From positions 9,486,001 to 9,550,000 of the forward strand of contig JBHGNT010000012.1 of NCBI GenBank assembly GCA_043228905.1: a stretch of 64,000 nucleotides of DNA. Reading direction: 5' to 3'. The notes beneath the pieces were generated by a model. The model saw only the letters and a list, made by a program, of their open reading frames with translations, was not told the origin of the DNA and made no database searches. Of this stretch, positions 50,057 through 62,995 are shown piece by piece. The DNA comes from Azolla caroliniana (taxonomy: Eukaryota > Plantae > Polypodiophyta). Positions within the stretch are counted from its first letter, which is position 1. Each line of letters begins with the position of its first letter. The translations under genes and the position numbers were made by a program.

Positions 50057-53000
50057 ATGCGGGAAGCGCGCTCACCGCAGAAGCACTGTGGTCTTTCCCT
50101 GCCCGCCGTAGCACCCAGCATGGCCTTTGCCTATCCCCGCTTCAACGGCGAAACCGACGCCGCAACCCACATCCGCCTGTTCCTCAATGTCTGGAATGCA
50201 AACCACATGGCGCACAACCTTTCCGAGGGACTTGCGCACCAGTCCAAAATGACGGAGTTCGGATTAACCTTGGATGGGAAAACGACGTTTTGGCATTAGT
50301 AGATGGATCTGCCAGCAATCACGACCTTCGACCAGCTCCAGTCAGCCTTTCTGCGGTTTTTTCATCGGAGGGTGCCGCAATGCGAAATCCTCGGGCAATT
50401 CTACACAATTAAATAGTTGGTGACCTAGACGATCGCGGATTTCAGCCTATGTTTCCAAAATCTATAGCGGAAATTAGAACGGGGGCCGAAGGAGGACAAG
50501 GCTAGGGAGACATTTTGGCAGCATTACGCCGACCCATACAGAAATGACCGATATGGTCATAGAAAGAGCGGTACAACTCGAGCTGGACGAAGAAGAGGAA
50601 AGGTTTTCCATGTCCTCATTACGGCAAGCGTTACCTCAGGACGAGGAAAGACATTATCGTCAAGCGATCCAGTGCACGATTTGCTTGAATTTGGGGCATT
50701 CCGCAATGGAATGCAACATGCGAATCCACTGTCCAATCTGTCACTCAAAAGCTCACACAGTTGAGCAGTGGGAGTACAATATGTTGAACAGAGCCACGCC
50801 CACAGTACGCAGCGTGGACACACAACGTCCCCCACGCCGTAATGAACAAAGGCGGCAAGAAGACCGACCACGGTATATGGATCGCAATCCACGCGATGAT
50901 CGGCACTACCGGAATCGTCGGAATCACAACTATTCCGAGGAAGATGAGCCGGAGGATGAAGACTACCGTGGCCACCTCTAAAATACTAAAGGGCGCCGAC
51001 GCTCTGAGAATTACCGTTCGACAAACAAACATGCTGGACCTCTTGGAAAGCATCGGCAATATCGGGACCACCGGCGGTATGACGAAAGTTCGGACAATGA
51101 CCGACACCAAGAACCACGCTGGGACCAACAACAACCACCGCGTACGCTCCGACGAACGAATCAGGACTGGGAGGAGCAAGTCACACATGGGGATTGGCAC
51201 ACACCACCAGGGACCGAGAAGGGCGAATCTAGCATCCATTGTTTTGTTTGTCAACAGCCCGAACATTATGCCACACAATGCCCAGTACGCAAGGGCAAGG
51301 GGCCCGCCGTCAATATGATTACGACGGAAGTACAAGTCATGACACGCCAACAAAAAAAAACTGTTGATTGGGTCACGCAAGATGAGATACGGTGAACAAC
51401 CCAAGCATGGGTTGAAAAAGCAAACGTGACAAATACGGAGCACATGCAGAAGGAGTCTGCAAACACGGTGGACCTATTGGAGGACGAGGGACCATCCCTA
51501 TACCCCATATGGCAAGCATTGACAAGCTGCGAGATAACATTAACCATGGAGAAGCTGCTGCAACTAGTCCCACGATTCCGCCAAGCCGTGGAAGAGCGGG
51601 TGACGGGCAGACCTGGGGTAAGCATCGCCGCGAATTTTAGGAACATTAGTGACAGACCGACAGTAGTGGATCACCACAACCCAGCTTTTAAGTTGATATT
51701 ACACGGTCAGGAAATCCCAGGATGTGCAATTGATGGTGACTCGAGCGTTAATGTAATTAGTGCGAAGACATGAGAACAATTGGGAATTTTAGAATGGGAA
51801 GCTTGCCCGTTCTGGCTCCGCATGGGTTGATACGCAAGGTAGGCATTATCGTGGGAAGACATTGCTTCGAAATCTCGACGATAGTTCTCGCCCTTGACGC
51901 CCCAGGGGCATATCCTATGTTGTTGGGCCGACCGTGGCTTCGTTCAGCGAATATCAAGCAGAGCTAGCAACACAAGTGTTTCAGCTTTCGACGCAGACGC
52001 ACCAAGGTCCGCGTACCGACAGAGGAAATGGCGACACAACCCAAGGGCATAACACCATTATACGCGGAGGATATAAATATGATGGGTGTGGTGGTTGATA
52101 CAGAATTAGAGACATACCTAGACGAGCACCCTCTGATTATTCTGCTGTTCGAAATCGACGTCGTAGAAACCACGACGGAATATGCCACGCCCAGTACACT
52201 CCACGACGAGGCTTACGAACGAAACCCGGAGTCAATATTAGAACTAAGCAGAGCACGGGCAGCGTTCGAGAGGGAAATGGAAATTTTGCGGTATATGGGA
52301 GAACAATCGACCATTTTACGCATCTACAACTATGCCTAGAACGTTGCCACACCGCACGCTTAAGCCTGAATCCCGCCAAATGTGCCTTCGGCGTTACCAG
52401 CGGGGCTCTCCTCGGCCATATAGTCAGCAAGGAAGGGATAGTGGTCGATCCGAATAAAATCTCTGCCATTACCCAAGCGAAAACGCCGACAAACGCGAAA
52501 TCACTCAGCCGTTTTTTAGGACAAATTCGATGGCACAATCGGATGATACGCTATCTGGCGGACTTCGCCACGCCATTACATGCCGCTGTTCATCGGACTC
52601 CCTTCCAATGGAAAACGACCGAAGAAAAGGCATATGATGCGCTAAAGGTAATGCTAACGCAGGCACCCGTCGTACAACCACCAGTTTGGGCGAAGCCATT
52701 CCACGTGTTCATAGATGCCTCGGACATAGCAATAGGAAGTGCGCTAATGCAGCTCACAGAGCCGAATTGGTACCGGCCGGTGTACTACGCTAGTCGGAAA
52801 TTATCAACGGCGGAGCGTAACTATTCCACAACGGAAGGTGAGGCGTTGGGGATGATCTACAACATCAATAAGTTTCGGCATTATCTGTTAGGGAGGAAAT
52901 TCATGTTTCACGTGGATCATTCGGCACTGCTGTATTTGGTGGAGAAACAAGCGCTGACGGGGAAATTGGCAAGATGGATCCTACGGCTTCAAGAATTCGA

Positions 53001-54476
53001 CTTTGTAATTCAGCACCGCACGGGTATGCAACACGCAGTGGTAGATTTATTTAGCAGACTCGATAATGGAGAAATGGCGTAGAGGTATGATGACGACTTT
53101 CCGGATGTAGACATTCTGCGGGTAGCAGCACTTGTAGAAAGAACGGAAAAGACCTTCCCGGACCGGTGGCTCGTGGAAATGACCTACTTCCTGACCATGG
53201 GGTTACCGCCACCTCAATTATGGTTGGATGAGAAAAAAGGCTGGCCGTCCGCAGTCGGAATTTCTGTTTAGTGGAAAATATACTATACCACAAGGGCAGT
53301 AACGACATCTGGAGGTGCGGAATACCGTAGGATGAGAAGCCCCCGGTTATACGCGAAGCCCATTGTGGTACGGTGCGAGGACATTAAGCGGGCGATGTTA
53401 CGGCTCGGAAAATTTGGCAAGCAGGACTGTGGTGGCCGACGACGCAAAAGGACGCGTATGAATATTGCAGGTAGTGCGATTTATGCCAACGACTGGGCCA
53501 ACCCACAGAAATCGCAAGAATGCCACATCAATCAGTGTTGCCACTAGATCCGTTCCAAAAGTGGGGGTTAGATTTCGTGGGACCTTTTACTCCGGCGGCC
53601 GCTCGAAAAGGCAATAAGGACATCCTGGTGGCTACGGATTACTACACGAAGTGGGTAGAAGCGAAACCACTAAGCGAGAATACTGCGGCAGTCACAACGA
53701 AATTCCTGTACGAACACATCTGGTGTCGTTTCGGCTGCCCTATCGAGCTCATTAATGACCAAGGGAGTCACTTTCTGTTTACGGTCATCAGCGAACTGAC
53801 CCAACATTACGCGGTGGTGCACAAGAAAAGTATGCCGTATTACCCGCAGGCAAATGGCTTGGCGGAATCCACGAACAAAACCCTTCAAAATATCCTCAAA
53901 AAGATAGTCAATGAGAATAGGACGGATTGAGACACCAAGTTGCATAGTGCGTTATGGGCATACCGTACCAGCTATATGAGCATAATACAATCAACACCGT
54001 TCAGGCTAGCATTTGGTTTGGAGGTCGTGATGCCAGTTGAATTCCAGATACCCAATCTACGGATCCAAATACGAGCCCGGCTACTAGAGGGCAAATCCGC
54101 ACAAATACGGCTACAGAAACTACTAGAGCTAGGAGAAACAAGGGTACGCAGTATGGCCATATTAGAGCAGGAATAGCGGCGGCGCAAAGCATTCGTTGAC
54201 CGACACTGGCACGGGCGTGAAAAAGATTTAACGGTTGGAAGAGCGGTATTAGTTTTCCAAACCCGCATGGGACATATGCCAGGAAAATTACGATTCCGTT
54301 GGACAGGCCCGTACTGGATAGTAGGAGCAGAACAAGGAACGTTTCAATTGGGCACGCTAGTCGGGGAAGTGTTACGACCGAAAGTGAATGGGTTTCGCCT
54401 TAAACCTTATCTGGGACCTACGCCACCTAACACGTTCCCCATCGGACACGACAAAGCCGGAGAATCCACGGAGTAA
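50057..54476 (+). pseudogene. C gag-pol (most of RT deleted at ~52280)
   Basis: Gag YPRFNGETD and CCHC knuckles; protease AIDGDSSVNV...LLGRPW; RH FIDASDIAIG; integrase KWGLDFVGP, NDQGSHF, ANGLAE; WTGPY. Confidence 0.9.
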
Positions 54477-54633
54477 GTAGACGGCCCCACTTGTATTATA
54501 TTGTAAAAATAGTCTTGTATGTAACCGTTACGGAAAAAAAAAGAAAAAAAGAAAAAGAAAGAGAAGATAGCGACACTATTAAAAGGACTTAAGGCATGCA
54601 CAGACTTCTAGACCAAGAACACGTGGCACCACG

Positions 54634-57528
54634 ATGGCTCACCGACCAATGAACCCTAGGCCACAAAAAGAAGGAAATAGAAGGTTTTCTGTACAATACA
54701 AAAATCAACCTTCTAACTCTCAGCGCTCTCATCGCTCCCCTTCCTCACCTTCTTCTCCATCCTATCACAGAGCTCAACCCCACCGCAACCAACAGTCTTC
54801 ATCCCCTAGCCACGAGCCTATTCTGACTATGCTGATATTCATCTTTACCGCCTTGCGTCAATGGCTCATGGAGAAATGCTTGGATGGGTACATCAGGGTC
54901 GCGGAGGCACCTCCACACCTTGATGCATTGGACATCGCTAGAAAGCTCAACATCGACACAATCACCAACTCATCCATCCGGAAAAAGTTGGACCTGTCAT
55001 CACTGGGTGAAAGGCATTTCGAAATCCCTCTTGCGGAGTCCTTGCAGAGATATTTCAACACATATTCGTCATCCACCAAGGCATATAGAACGAAGGAGAT
55101 CCCAGATCCCTTTTTCCGCAAAATTGCCAAGTTCCTCTTGGAGGTGGGATGCGTACATGTAAACGCATATGGGATCCCAAGCAGAAGGAAGGTATCATCA
55201 TTGATACCTTTGAAGGGCGTACGGTTGATTGGGGGGTCATCACGGAGCCGGCGTTAAGGGAAGGCCTACATGCGTATCAAGGAGGCAAAAAACTCAGGAC
55301 TATCATACAACAGTACCTGACGGTACTATTCCCACCCCGAGGCATGCCGGCACCGCAACCCAGGAAGCCCACACCGCCGCCTCCATCCACGAAGCGAAGG
55401 TTAGCGGAGTTAGCCACCATAGAGTGGGAGTATGAACCCCAACCCGACGGGCCGAACACGTGAACAATGCAGGAAGAGCAAGCTGCGCGCACCGAGGAAG
55501 CGGCAACGGAGCCGGAAGTCGAACCACGACAGGAAAGCCTAAGGCCGAAATGGCGGAGACTGGACAGGAAAGATGGGCGCGGGATAGTTAAAGACGCACT
55601 CACGGCTACGGAGACAACGATCGTGGGCGACCGCTCCGCAGCTACGGAGCCCAACACCACCTTCGAAGTAATCCGGGAACCATGAACGATCATTACGGCC
55701 CAGTCACAGCGAGCGAAAGTCGTATTGACGGCTGAAAACGAGGTCCTGGTGTATCCGGACATTCCGCAAATGGCCCATGAGTTCGGCGCATTATTACAGC
55801 TCGGAACCTCTTTTGATCTCATGGAATATTTGGCAACGCAACAGATAAAAGTCTCACAACGAATGGCCGAGGAGCACGCGGAGCACCAAATGATCGAGCG
55901 TGCATAAACACAAACGACGGAAAGCGACGATGAGGATCACTGAGCCAGAGTCGGTAGGCAGAGGAACGCCGGTATACGCCGAATGGGGATGGAACTACCC
56001 CCATTAAACGCGACCCTTGTCGAAGCTCATAGGGAACTGGCAAAGATCAGTATGGGCGCCAAGGATATGGCGATTAAAAATAAAAATGTCTAGAAAAAGG
56101 TTAAACTGACCCAAGCCGAGCTACAAAAGGCCAATGAATGCATCACGGAGTTGGAAAATACCGTGACTACGCCGCAATAGGCAGCTCCACCAACAAACAT
56201 CGCCGTCGACGCCCTCAGGGAAGAGATTGAGGCTCAGACCACCATTGCCTCAAAAGCAAAACGGGCCGTACAACTAGCGGAATCAGAGATTGACCACCTC
56301 CATGCTGAACTTCGCCAGTCCTCGGACAGAGAAAAGGACATCTAGACCAACGGCCGAAAGGCAGTGAAGACCCTTGAAGAGAAACTCGCAGCAGAGACAG
56401 CACAACACGCCCGGACGAAAGAAGAAAATGTCCAATTACGGGAGGAAGCAAAAAAATCAGAAGTGGTAATCGTGGGACTCCGGGCCTTATTGGAGAAGAA
56501 GAAAGCATGGTTTGATGAGCAGTTGGTGGGAGAATAGGAGAGAAGGAATCAGCTCGAAATCCGCTTGAACAATGAAATGGGAAAACTGGAAGAACTACAT
56601 GCAAAGGAATCCCAGCTTTGGGCAGGCATGAGGAGCACGTATGAGGAAGCGATGACAGTTAATCAGCAAGAAATTGCAAGCCTCAAGAAATCTGTTGAAG
56701 AAGCGCGCAACCGTTGCCAAGCCATAACAGACAACGTGCATATCCTTCTGCAAACGAATCGGGAGAGCTTTACGGCGCAATTAAAAACGGCGCTAGACAA
56801 AGGATAGATGGCATGGGCTGCACAAGCGGCGGAATTGCATACTTATCAAGCGGACTGGGAGAACCGGAGGAAAGCATTGCGGTAGTACGTGAGGACCTAG
56901 CGCAGGACTATCGCACGCTAGCGGACCAACATTCCGAGGAACTCGCGTAGCTACTAGATGATTTTGGCGAAAGTCAAGAGGACCTGTTTCACCAGATCAC
57001 GCAAGCCAGCAGCACGCGAACAAACTAGGAATCCATCGCGACACCAATTCCGGATACTGCCGAACAAGAGGAACCTCAGGCCATGCCACCAGAAATTACC
57101 ACTATGGTGAACAGCACGGAATGATGAGCAGAGTCCCCCACAATACCAGACAGCGAAACCACCAACCAATAGGAACCCCATCCACCGGAGCATACGCTTA
57201 CGACCGACTGCACGGAGAAAATTCCGGACCAAGAGGAATCACAGCCCCACTCCCAGAGCGTACAACGATGACCGACATCACGGAGGAAGTGACGGATGAA
57301 ATAGAGCCGCGACCTACCGCAAGCCCGCGGAAGGCTGAACCAAACTCCCTAGCCCAAGAAGAGCCCGCAGAACCCAGACTGCCCACACAGGACGACAACG
57401 ACACCATGAGAAGCCCTCCCGACCAAGCAGGGGAACCAAACAACGACGGGCCTACGGGCCCTAGGCCCTCCTCGGATACGGACACCGTAGCAGAACCAAA
57501 CAGCAGGGCCATTTTGGAGGAAGATTAA
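54634..57528 (+). pseudogene. C extra 3' ORF (sense, env-position), fragmented
   Basis: A chain of + strand ORF fragments between integrase and the 3' LTR: a globular part (VDWGVI...QYLTVLF), a coiled coil, and a P/E/T-rich tail. Confidence 0.6.
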
Positions 57529-57551
57529 AGGGATGGGTTCGATTTGCCATG

Positions 57552-57573
57552 GCACTGTCCCACAGGTGTGCCA
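57552..57573 (-). promoter_or_regulatory. Inverted tRNA-Arg PBS-like site at the PPT position of C
   Basis: GCACTGTCCCACAGGTGTGCCA-GG-LTR; the identical 22-mer occurs in B. Confidence 0.8.
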
Positions 57574-59482
57574 GGTGTTGTTCGCCGGAATAGTAACCGA
57601 CGGACAAGAGCACAGTAATATGGAATAGAATAATATTGTAACGCATGTAATGGTTCACCCGGGAAGCGTGAACGGCTAAAAAACCCTGCGTATATAAAGG
57701 GTAGAAAACCTCTGATAGAGGTAGCATATAATTTTGAATGTAACTGGCCTATCTGAATACAGTTCTATCTTCTCTGATATCTATGTGTATTTGTAGTTAA
57801 TCTACTGTGTGTCTGTAATGCTTAAGGGCGTAGGCGTGAGTAAGGGTGTGTGCGCTAGCCCACTGTCTAAGGAGCTCAGTTGTAGCCGTCTCCCTTATAT
57901 GCTGCTAGGTTACGGGAGGTATCCCACTAAGTATTACGCACAGACACTACCATTCGTTGTCACACAGTCACTTTGAGGTCTAGGTCGAATGACTGACCAT
58001 AGACCGTGTTCCTAATCGGTAACACTTTTGGCACGCTTGGTGATCTGTGTCTTCTCACAGACGAACAACGAAGAATGGATGTTTAGCCGAAGACGCCCCA
58101 GAGAACCAACACGACAAGACCGGCCAATCACAAGGTCCATCACATGCCAGGCAGAGGAATGCGCACGGCGAAAGCGTCGCATCAGTGACCTCAGTACTAC
58201 CTCTCGGGACCACAAAGATGATGTCTCGCTCTCCAAATACCTTGGCGATACGCAGAAAGCGCGCTCACCACAAAAGCATTGTGGTCTTTCCCTGCCCATC
58301 GTAGCACCCAACATGGCCTTTGCCTATCCCTGCTTCAACGGCGAAACCGACGCCGCAACCCACATCCACATGTTCCTCAATGTCTGGAATGCAAACCACA
58401 TGGCACAGAACCTTTCAGAGACAGTAGCGCACCAGTCCAAAATGGCGTGAGTAACGGTGTGTGCGCTAGTCCACTGTCTAAGGAGCTCTGTTGTAGCCGT
58501 CTCGCTTATACGCTACTAGGTTACGGGAGGTATCCCACTAAGCATTATGCACGAACACTACCATTTGTTGTCACACAGTCACTTTGAGGTCTAGGTCGAA
58601 GGACTGACCATAGACCGTGTTCCTAATCGGTAACAGTCACCTTGAAGAAATGCATTCTTCACATCCATCTCGTGAAGATGCCACCCCGTTGGGACAACAA
58701 CCGCCACCACCACACGAACTGTCATCATCTTCGCTATTGGAGCAAAGGTCTCGTCATAGTCAATTTCGTGGGTGTACGTGAATTTCTTGGCCACTAACTG
58801 GGCCTTGTACCAGTTGACCGAACCGTCAACATTATACGTCACCTTTTACACCCACTTGAAAGCGATTGGTTTGCAATGTCAGGGAGGGTCAACCAGGTCC
58901 CATGTGTCATTGGCATCGAGTGCCTGCATCTCTTCCTCCATTGCGACACGCCAATTCGCGGCTTTTTCTACCTCTGCGTAGCTCTCCGGCTCACACACTC
59001 CGCCATCTTTCACATGTACGCATAATGATGCACCATGTACTCATTATACCCATACCATTTGACGGGGTCCTTCTAGCGGGTTGATCAATGTAATTGCTCG
59101 TTTCCCGATTTTAAGGCTCTCTTTGCCGACTCGGACCTCGTAACAGAAGGTCTGTCTTCTTTCCTTCCGGAGTCAGATTCCCTCCGATTCGACTAGTCTC
59201 TACAAATCTGTCATCTTCTTCCTAACTTTTTCTTTGCACATGAACCATCACCTCAGTTCCTTACATGGGGAAAGCGCGGCCAACTCTCCATTACTTGCCA
59301 GCTCTTCATCTCACTGGTCGATCCTACCCAATCGCTCGTTCAGCCCAGTTAGCCAGAATGAAATCAAACACTCATCGAGAGTCCAAGACTCTTCTTCTTT
59401 GTCTGCTCGGATCGTTTCAAGCTCACTGGCCTCATCCTCTATAATCGGAGTCGGACATCAGTGTCGACAAAGAGTACTACTT

Positions 59483-60698
59483 CTACACTCTATATAACAT
59501 ATTAGGGAAGTCTCCATAAAGGCATCCATAAATATGGAATTCTAATCACTAAGACTTGACTTCCTATGTGGCGTGAATAAGTTCATGTACACAATCTATA
59601 TGACATATGAGGCAAGTCTTGATAAAGCCATGTAAAAATACATGTGCACATTCTATACAAAATATGACACAAGATTGCACTCGTGAAGTTATTGTGCAAT
59701 GTGATAAAGGAAAACTAATGATATGCCAACTTCATACGTAATATGGGTTAAGGCCCTCCGACAATAATGGATAATGCCAAGCTGATTGTTTGTTGAGCGT
59801 AGGTCTCCATGACCATAATTGGACTTCTAACCATTAAAGTATAACCATCAAATGCTCTTCAATTGAAAACAATCTTGGTTGACACGAACAGTAGAAAGGA
59901 ACCTTTGTTGGGGATGGTTGATCGTAGCTTTTTGCTCAAATTAAATTGTTATGGTTCTTGGTATTTCCAACCTACTTCCTATCTCAAATCCATTGGGATT
60001 TGAATCATCTTTAAAAGTTGATATAGACTCACTTTAGGTGTGGTCGGTGGGATTTGAGCCAAGGTATCCACAACCGCAACGTGGAATTCTAACCACTAAA
60101 CTAGAACCACCGAGTTTGTATTGCAAAATTGGAAGTAAGTCTTCACAACCACAACATTGACTTGTAATCACTAAGTACTGCCTTCAAATGTTGCATGCAT
60201 AAATTCATAGCTACACTCTATATAACATATTAGGCAAGTCTCCATAAAGGCATCCATAAATATGGAATTCTAATCACTAAGATTTGACTTCCTATGTGGC
60301 GTGACTAAACTCATGTACACAATCTATATGACATATGAGGCAAGTCTCCATAAAGCCATGAACAAATTCATGTGCACATTCTATATGAAATAGAAGCCAT
60401 GATTACACTTTTGAAAACATTGTGCAATGTGGAAAATGAAAACCAATGATATGCCAACTTCATACCCTGCCGAATTCAAAATTTTACAATTTTCGCACGT
60501 GAATGTACACTGAATTTCAGGGTTCCGAATGCGATTCATGGGCAAGTCTCGACTGCGACGACCTCAATTTTTAACCATTGAGTTGATTTTTTTGCTCAAA
60601 TTAATTATTGTGGTTGTTTGCATTTGCAAACACAAATCCATGTACACATTCAATACGTAATATGGGTCAAGGCCCTTTGACAACAATGTATAATGCCA
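59483..60698 (-). repeat. tRNA-His-containing satellite (~728-bp period)
   Basis: 59483-59735 repeats at 60211-60465, with a ~106-bp subrepeat and dispersed tRNA-His D-arm fragments. Confidence 0.8.
60039..60110 (-). pseudogene. tRNA-His-derived pseudogene (anticodon GUG>GCG)
   Basis: Minus strand GTGGTTCTAGTTTAGTGGTTAGAATTCCACGTTGCGGTTGTGGATACCTTGGCTCAAATCCCACCGACCACA matches plant cytosolic tRNA-His. Confidence 0.85.
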
Positions 60699-60949
60699 TT
60701 AGAGAATTCAAATAATGTAGCATTATCAAACATTTAATGAAATAACTACTACGTTATCCTTGTATAAAAGAGGGCCATAAAATTTTTAAATTGTGTCCTT
60801 TCTTCGACCTAGTGCTTGCATTGCACATTGATGTGCTTAAGATTGTTGCCCAGACACCGAAATTGACACCACTTAAAATATCACTCTCCTTTTTAACACT
60901 CTTTGAAACTTTACCAAGTGTGTAGTTGTTTTGATATCATTGACACAAT

Positions 60950-61033
60950 GACAATTTGGCCGAGTGGTCTAAGGCGTTGGATTTAGGCTCCAATTTGGCC
61001 GAGAGGGTGTGGGTTCAAATCCCACAAATGTCA
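60950..61033 (+). pseudogene. tRNA-Leu(UAG) copy with a 4-nt insertion
   Basis: 84-nt homologue with A and B boxes intact. Confidence 0.75.
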
Positions 61034-61349
61034 TTAGCAAATTAAAATAATATAGCATTACCAAAAGTTTCATGAAATAACCACCACGTTATCCTTGTAG
61101 AAAATAGGGCGCTAGAAAACATTAAACATATTCCTTCTTAGATCTAGTGCTTGTTATCCTTGTAGAAAATAGGGCGCTAGAAAACATTAAACATATTCCT
61201 TCTTAGATCTAGTGCTTGCATTGCACGTTGATGTGCTGAACATTGTTGCACAATGACTTAAATTGACACCACTTAAAAGATAAGTCTCTTTTTAACATTA
61301 TTTTGCAATTTTATCAATGGTGTACTACTTTTAATGTCATCAAGACATC

Positions 61350-61429
61350 GACAATTTGGCTGAGTGGTCTAAGGCGTTGGATTTAGGCTCCAATCCGAAA
61401 GGGCGTGGGTTCAAATCCCACAGTTGTCA
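61350..61429 (+). tRNA. trnL-UAG: tRNA-Leu(UAG), structurally intact copy
   Basis: All stems pair (GACAATT/AGTTGTC, GCT/GGC, TTGGA/TCCAA, GTGGG/CCCAC); loop TTTAGGC; CAA upstream. Confidence 0.7.
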
Positions 61430-61705
61430 TTAGCGAATTAAAATATCTAGCATTACCAAACATTTCATGAAATAACTCCTACGTTATTCTTGTACAAAAT
61501 AGGGCGCTAGAAAACATTAAACAAATTCTATTCATCTACAAAATAGGGCGCTAGAAAACATTAAACACATTCCCTCTTAGATCTAGTGCTTACATTGCAC
61601 ATTGATATGCTGAACATTGTTGCCAAGTGAAAATGTCACACTCTATTTTAACACTCTTTTACAGCTTTATCAAGTGTGCACTTCTCTTGATGTCGTCAAC
61701 CCATC

Positions 61706-61785
61706 AAGAAATTGGCCGAGTGGTCCAAGGTGTTGGATTTAGGCTCCAATACAAAAGTGTGTGGGTTCAAATCCCACGGTTGTCA
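61706..61785 (+). pseudogene. tRNA-Leu(UAG) pseudogene
   Basis: Acceptor stem broken (AAGAAAT). Confidence 0.8.
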
Positions 61786-62092
61786 TCAGTGGATTAAAAA
61801 AATCTAGCAATACCAAACTTTTCATGGAACAACTATTATGTTATTCTTCTCCAAAAAATCTAGCAATACCAAACTTTTCATGGAACAACTATTATGTTAT
61901 TCTTCTCCAAAACAAGGCCGTAGAGAATATTAAACATATTCTTTCTTTGACATAGTCCTTGCATTACACATTGTGTGCTTAACATTGTTGCCCACCCGAT
62001 GAAATTGACACCACTTCTAATATCACACTCTTTCTTTACACTCTTATGCAAATTTATGAATGATGTACTTCTTTTGATGTCATCACCTTAAT

Positions 62093-62172
62093 GACAAATT
62101 AACCGAGTGGTTTAAGGCGTTGGATTAAGGCTCCAATCTGAGAGGGCATGGGTTCAAATCGCATAGTTGTCA
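62093..62172 (+). pseudogene. tRNA-Leu copy with AAG anticodon
   Basis: Loop TTAAGGC; D- and T-stem mismatches. Confidence 0.8.
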
Positions 62173-62354
62173 TTAGTGAATTGAAAAAATCTAGCATTAC
62201 CAAACTTTTCATGTAATGACAACTATGTTAAAATCTTGTACAAAAGAGGGCCATAAAAAATTGATGTGCTGAACATTGTTGCCCATTGACCTAAATTGTC
62301 ACCACTTAATATATAATTTTATTTTTTAACACAATTTGATGTCATCAACAGATC

Positions 62355-62434
62355 GACAATTTGCCTGAGTGATCTAAGGTGTTGGATTTAGGCTCCAATT
62401 TGAAAGGACGTGGGTTCAAATCCCATAGTTGTCA
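62355..62434 (+). pseudogene. tRNA-Leu(UAG) pseudogene
   Basis: A box damaged (TGCCTGAGTGA). Confidence 0.8.
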
Positions 62435-62682
62435 TTAGTGAATTAAAATAATCTAGCATTACAAGAAATTTCATTACATAACTAATACGTTATTCTTGTA
62501 CAAAATAGGGCGCCACAAAAATTTCAGCATATTCCTTCTTAGATCTAGTGCTTGCATTGCACATTGATATTCTTAACAATGTTGCAGAGTGACCGCAATT
62601 GACACGACTGAAAATATCACTCTCTTTTTTAATACTCTTTTGCCACTTTATTTAAGTGTACACTTCCTTTGATATCATCAAC

Positions 62683-62762
62683 GACAATTTGGCTAAGTGG
62701 TCAAAGGCGTTGGATGTATGCTCCAATCCGTAAGGGCGTGGTATCAAATTCCTCAGTTGTCA
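62683..62762 (+). pseudogene. tRNA-Leu pseudogene
   Basis: Loop TGTATGC and damaged B box GTATCAAAT. Confidence 0.8.
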
Positions 62763-62995
62763 TTAGAGAATTCAAACATTTAATGAAATAACTGCTACGT
62801 TATCCTTGTACAAAAGAGGGCCATAAATTTTTTTAATTGTGTCCTTTCTTCGACCTAGTGCTTGCATTGCACATTGATGTGCTTAACATTGTTGCCCAGA
62901 CACTGAAATTGACAACACTTAAAATATCACTCTGTTTTTTAACACTGTTTGAAACTTTATCAAGTGTGTACTTGTTTTGATATTATCGACACAAT

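Larger units (their letters stand above)
49385..58635 (+). mobile_element. OTA-clade (Athila/Tat-like) gypsy C, three-LTR tandem
   Basis: 449-bp LTRs 49385-49833 and 57576-58024, a partial LTR at ~58444-58635, and a single TSD GTCAC. PBS TGGCA(T/C)GCTTGGTGA follows each full LTR. Confidence 0.92.
45254..59480 (-). mobile_element. Copia fragment J (post-integrase region and RT), split by D, B and C
   Basis: Joining 59480-58641, 49384-49357, 46487-46401 and 45283-45254 reads [34 protein letters not shown]...KQAP..WNSKITNRLRKMG. Confidence 0.88.

Noticed and set aside
60039-60110. Functional recoding tRNA (His body with Arg anticodon GCG)
   Set aside because: Acceptor and T stems carry several mismatches, so a pseudogene is the simpler explanation.
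61761-61955. Short ORFs over the satellite (also 43631-43822, 25302-25490)
   Set aside because: Chance ORFs crossing tRNA cores and spacers, not maintained between monomers.
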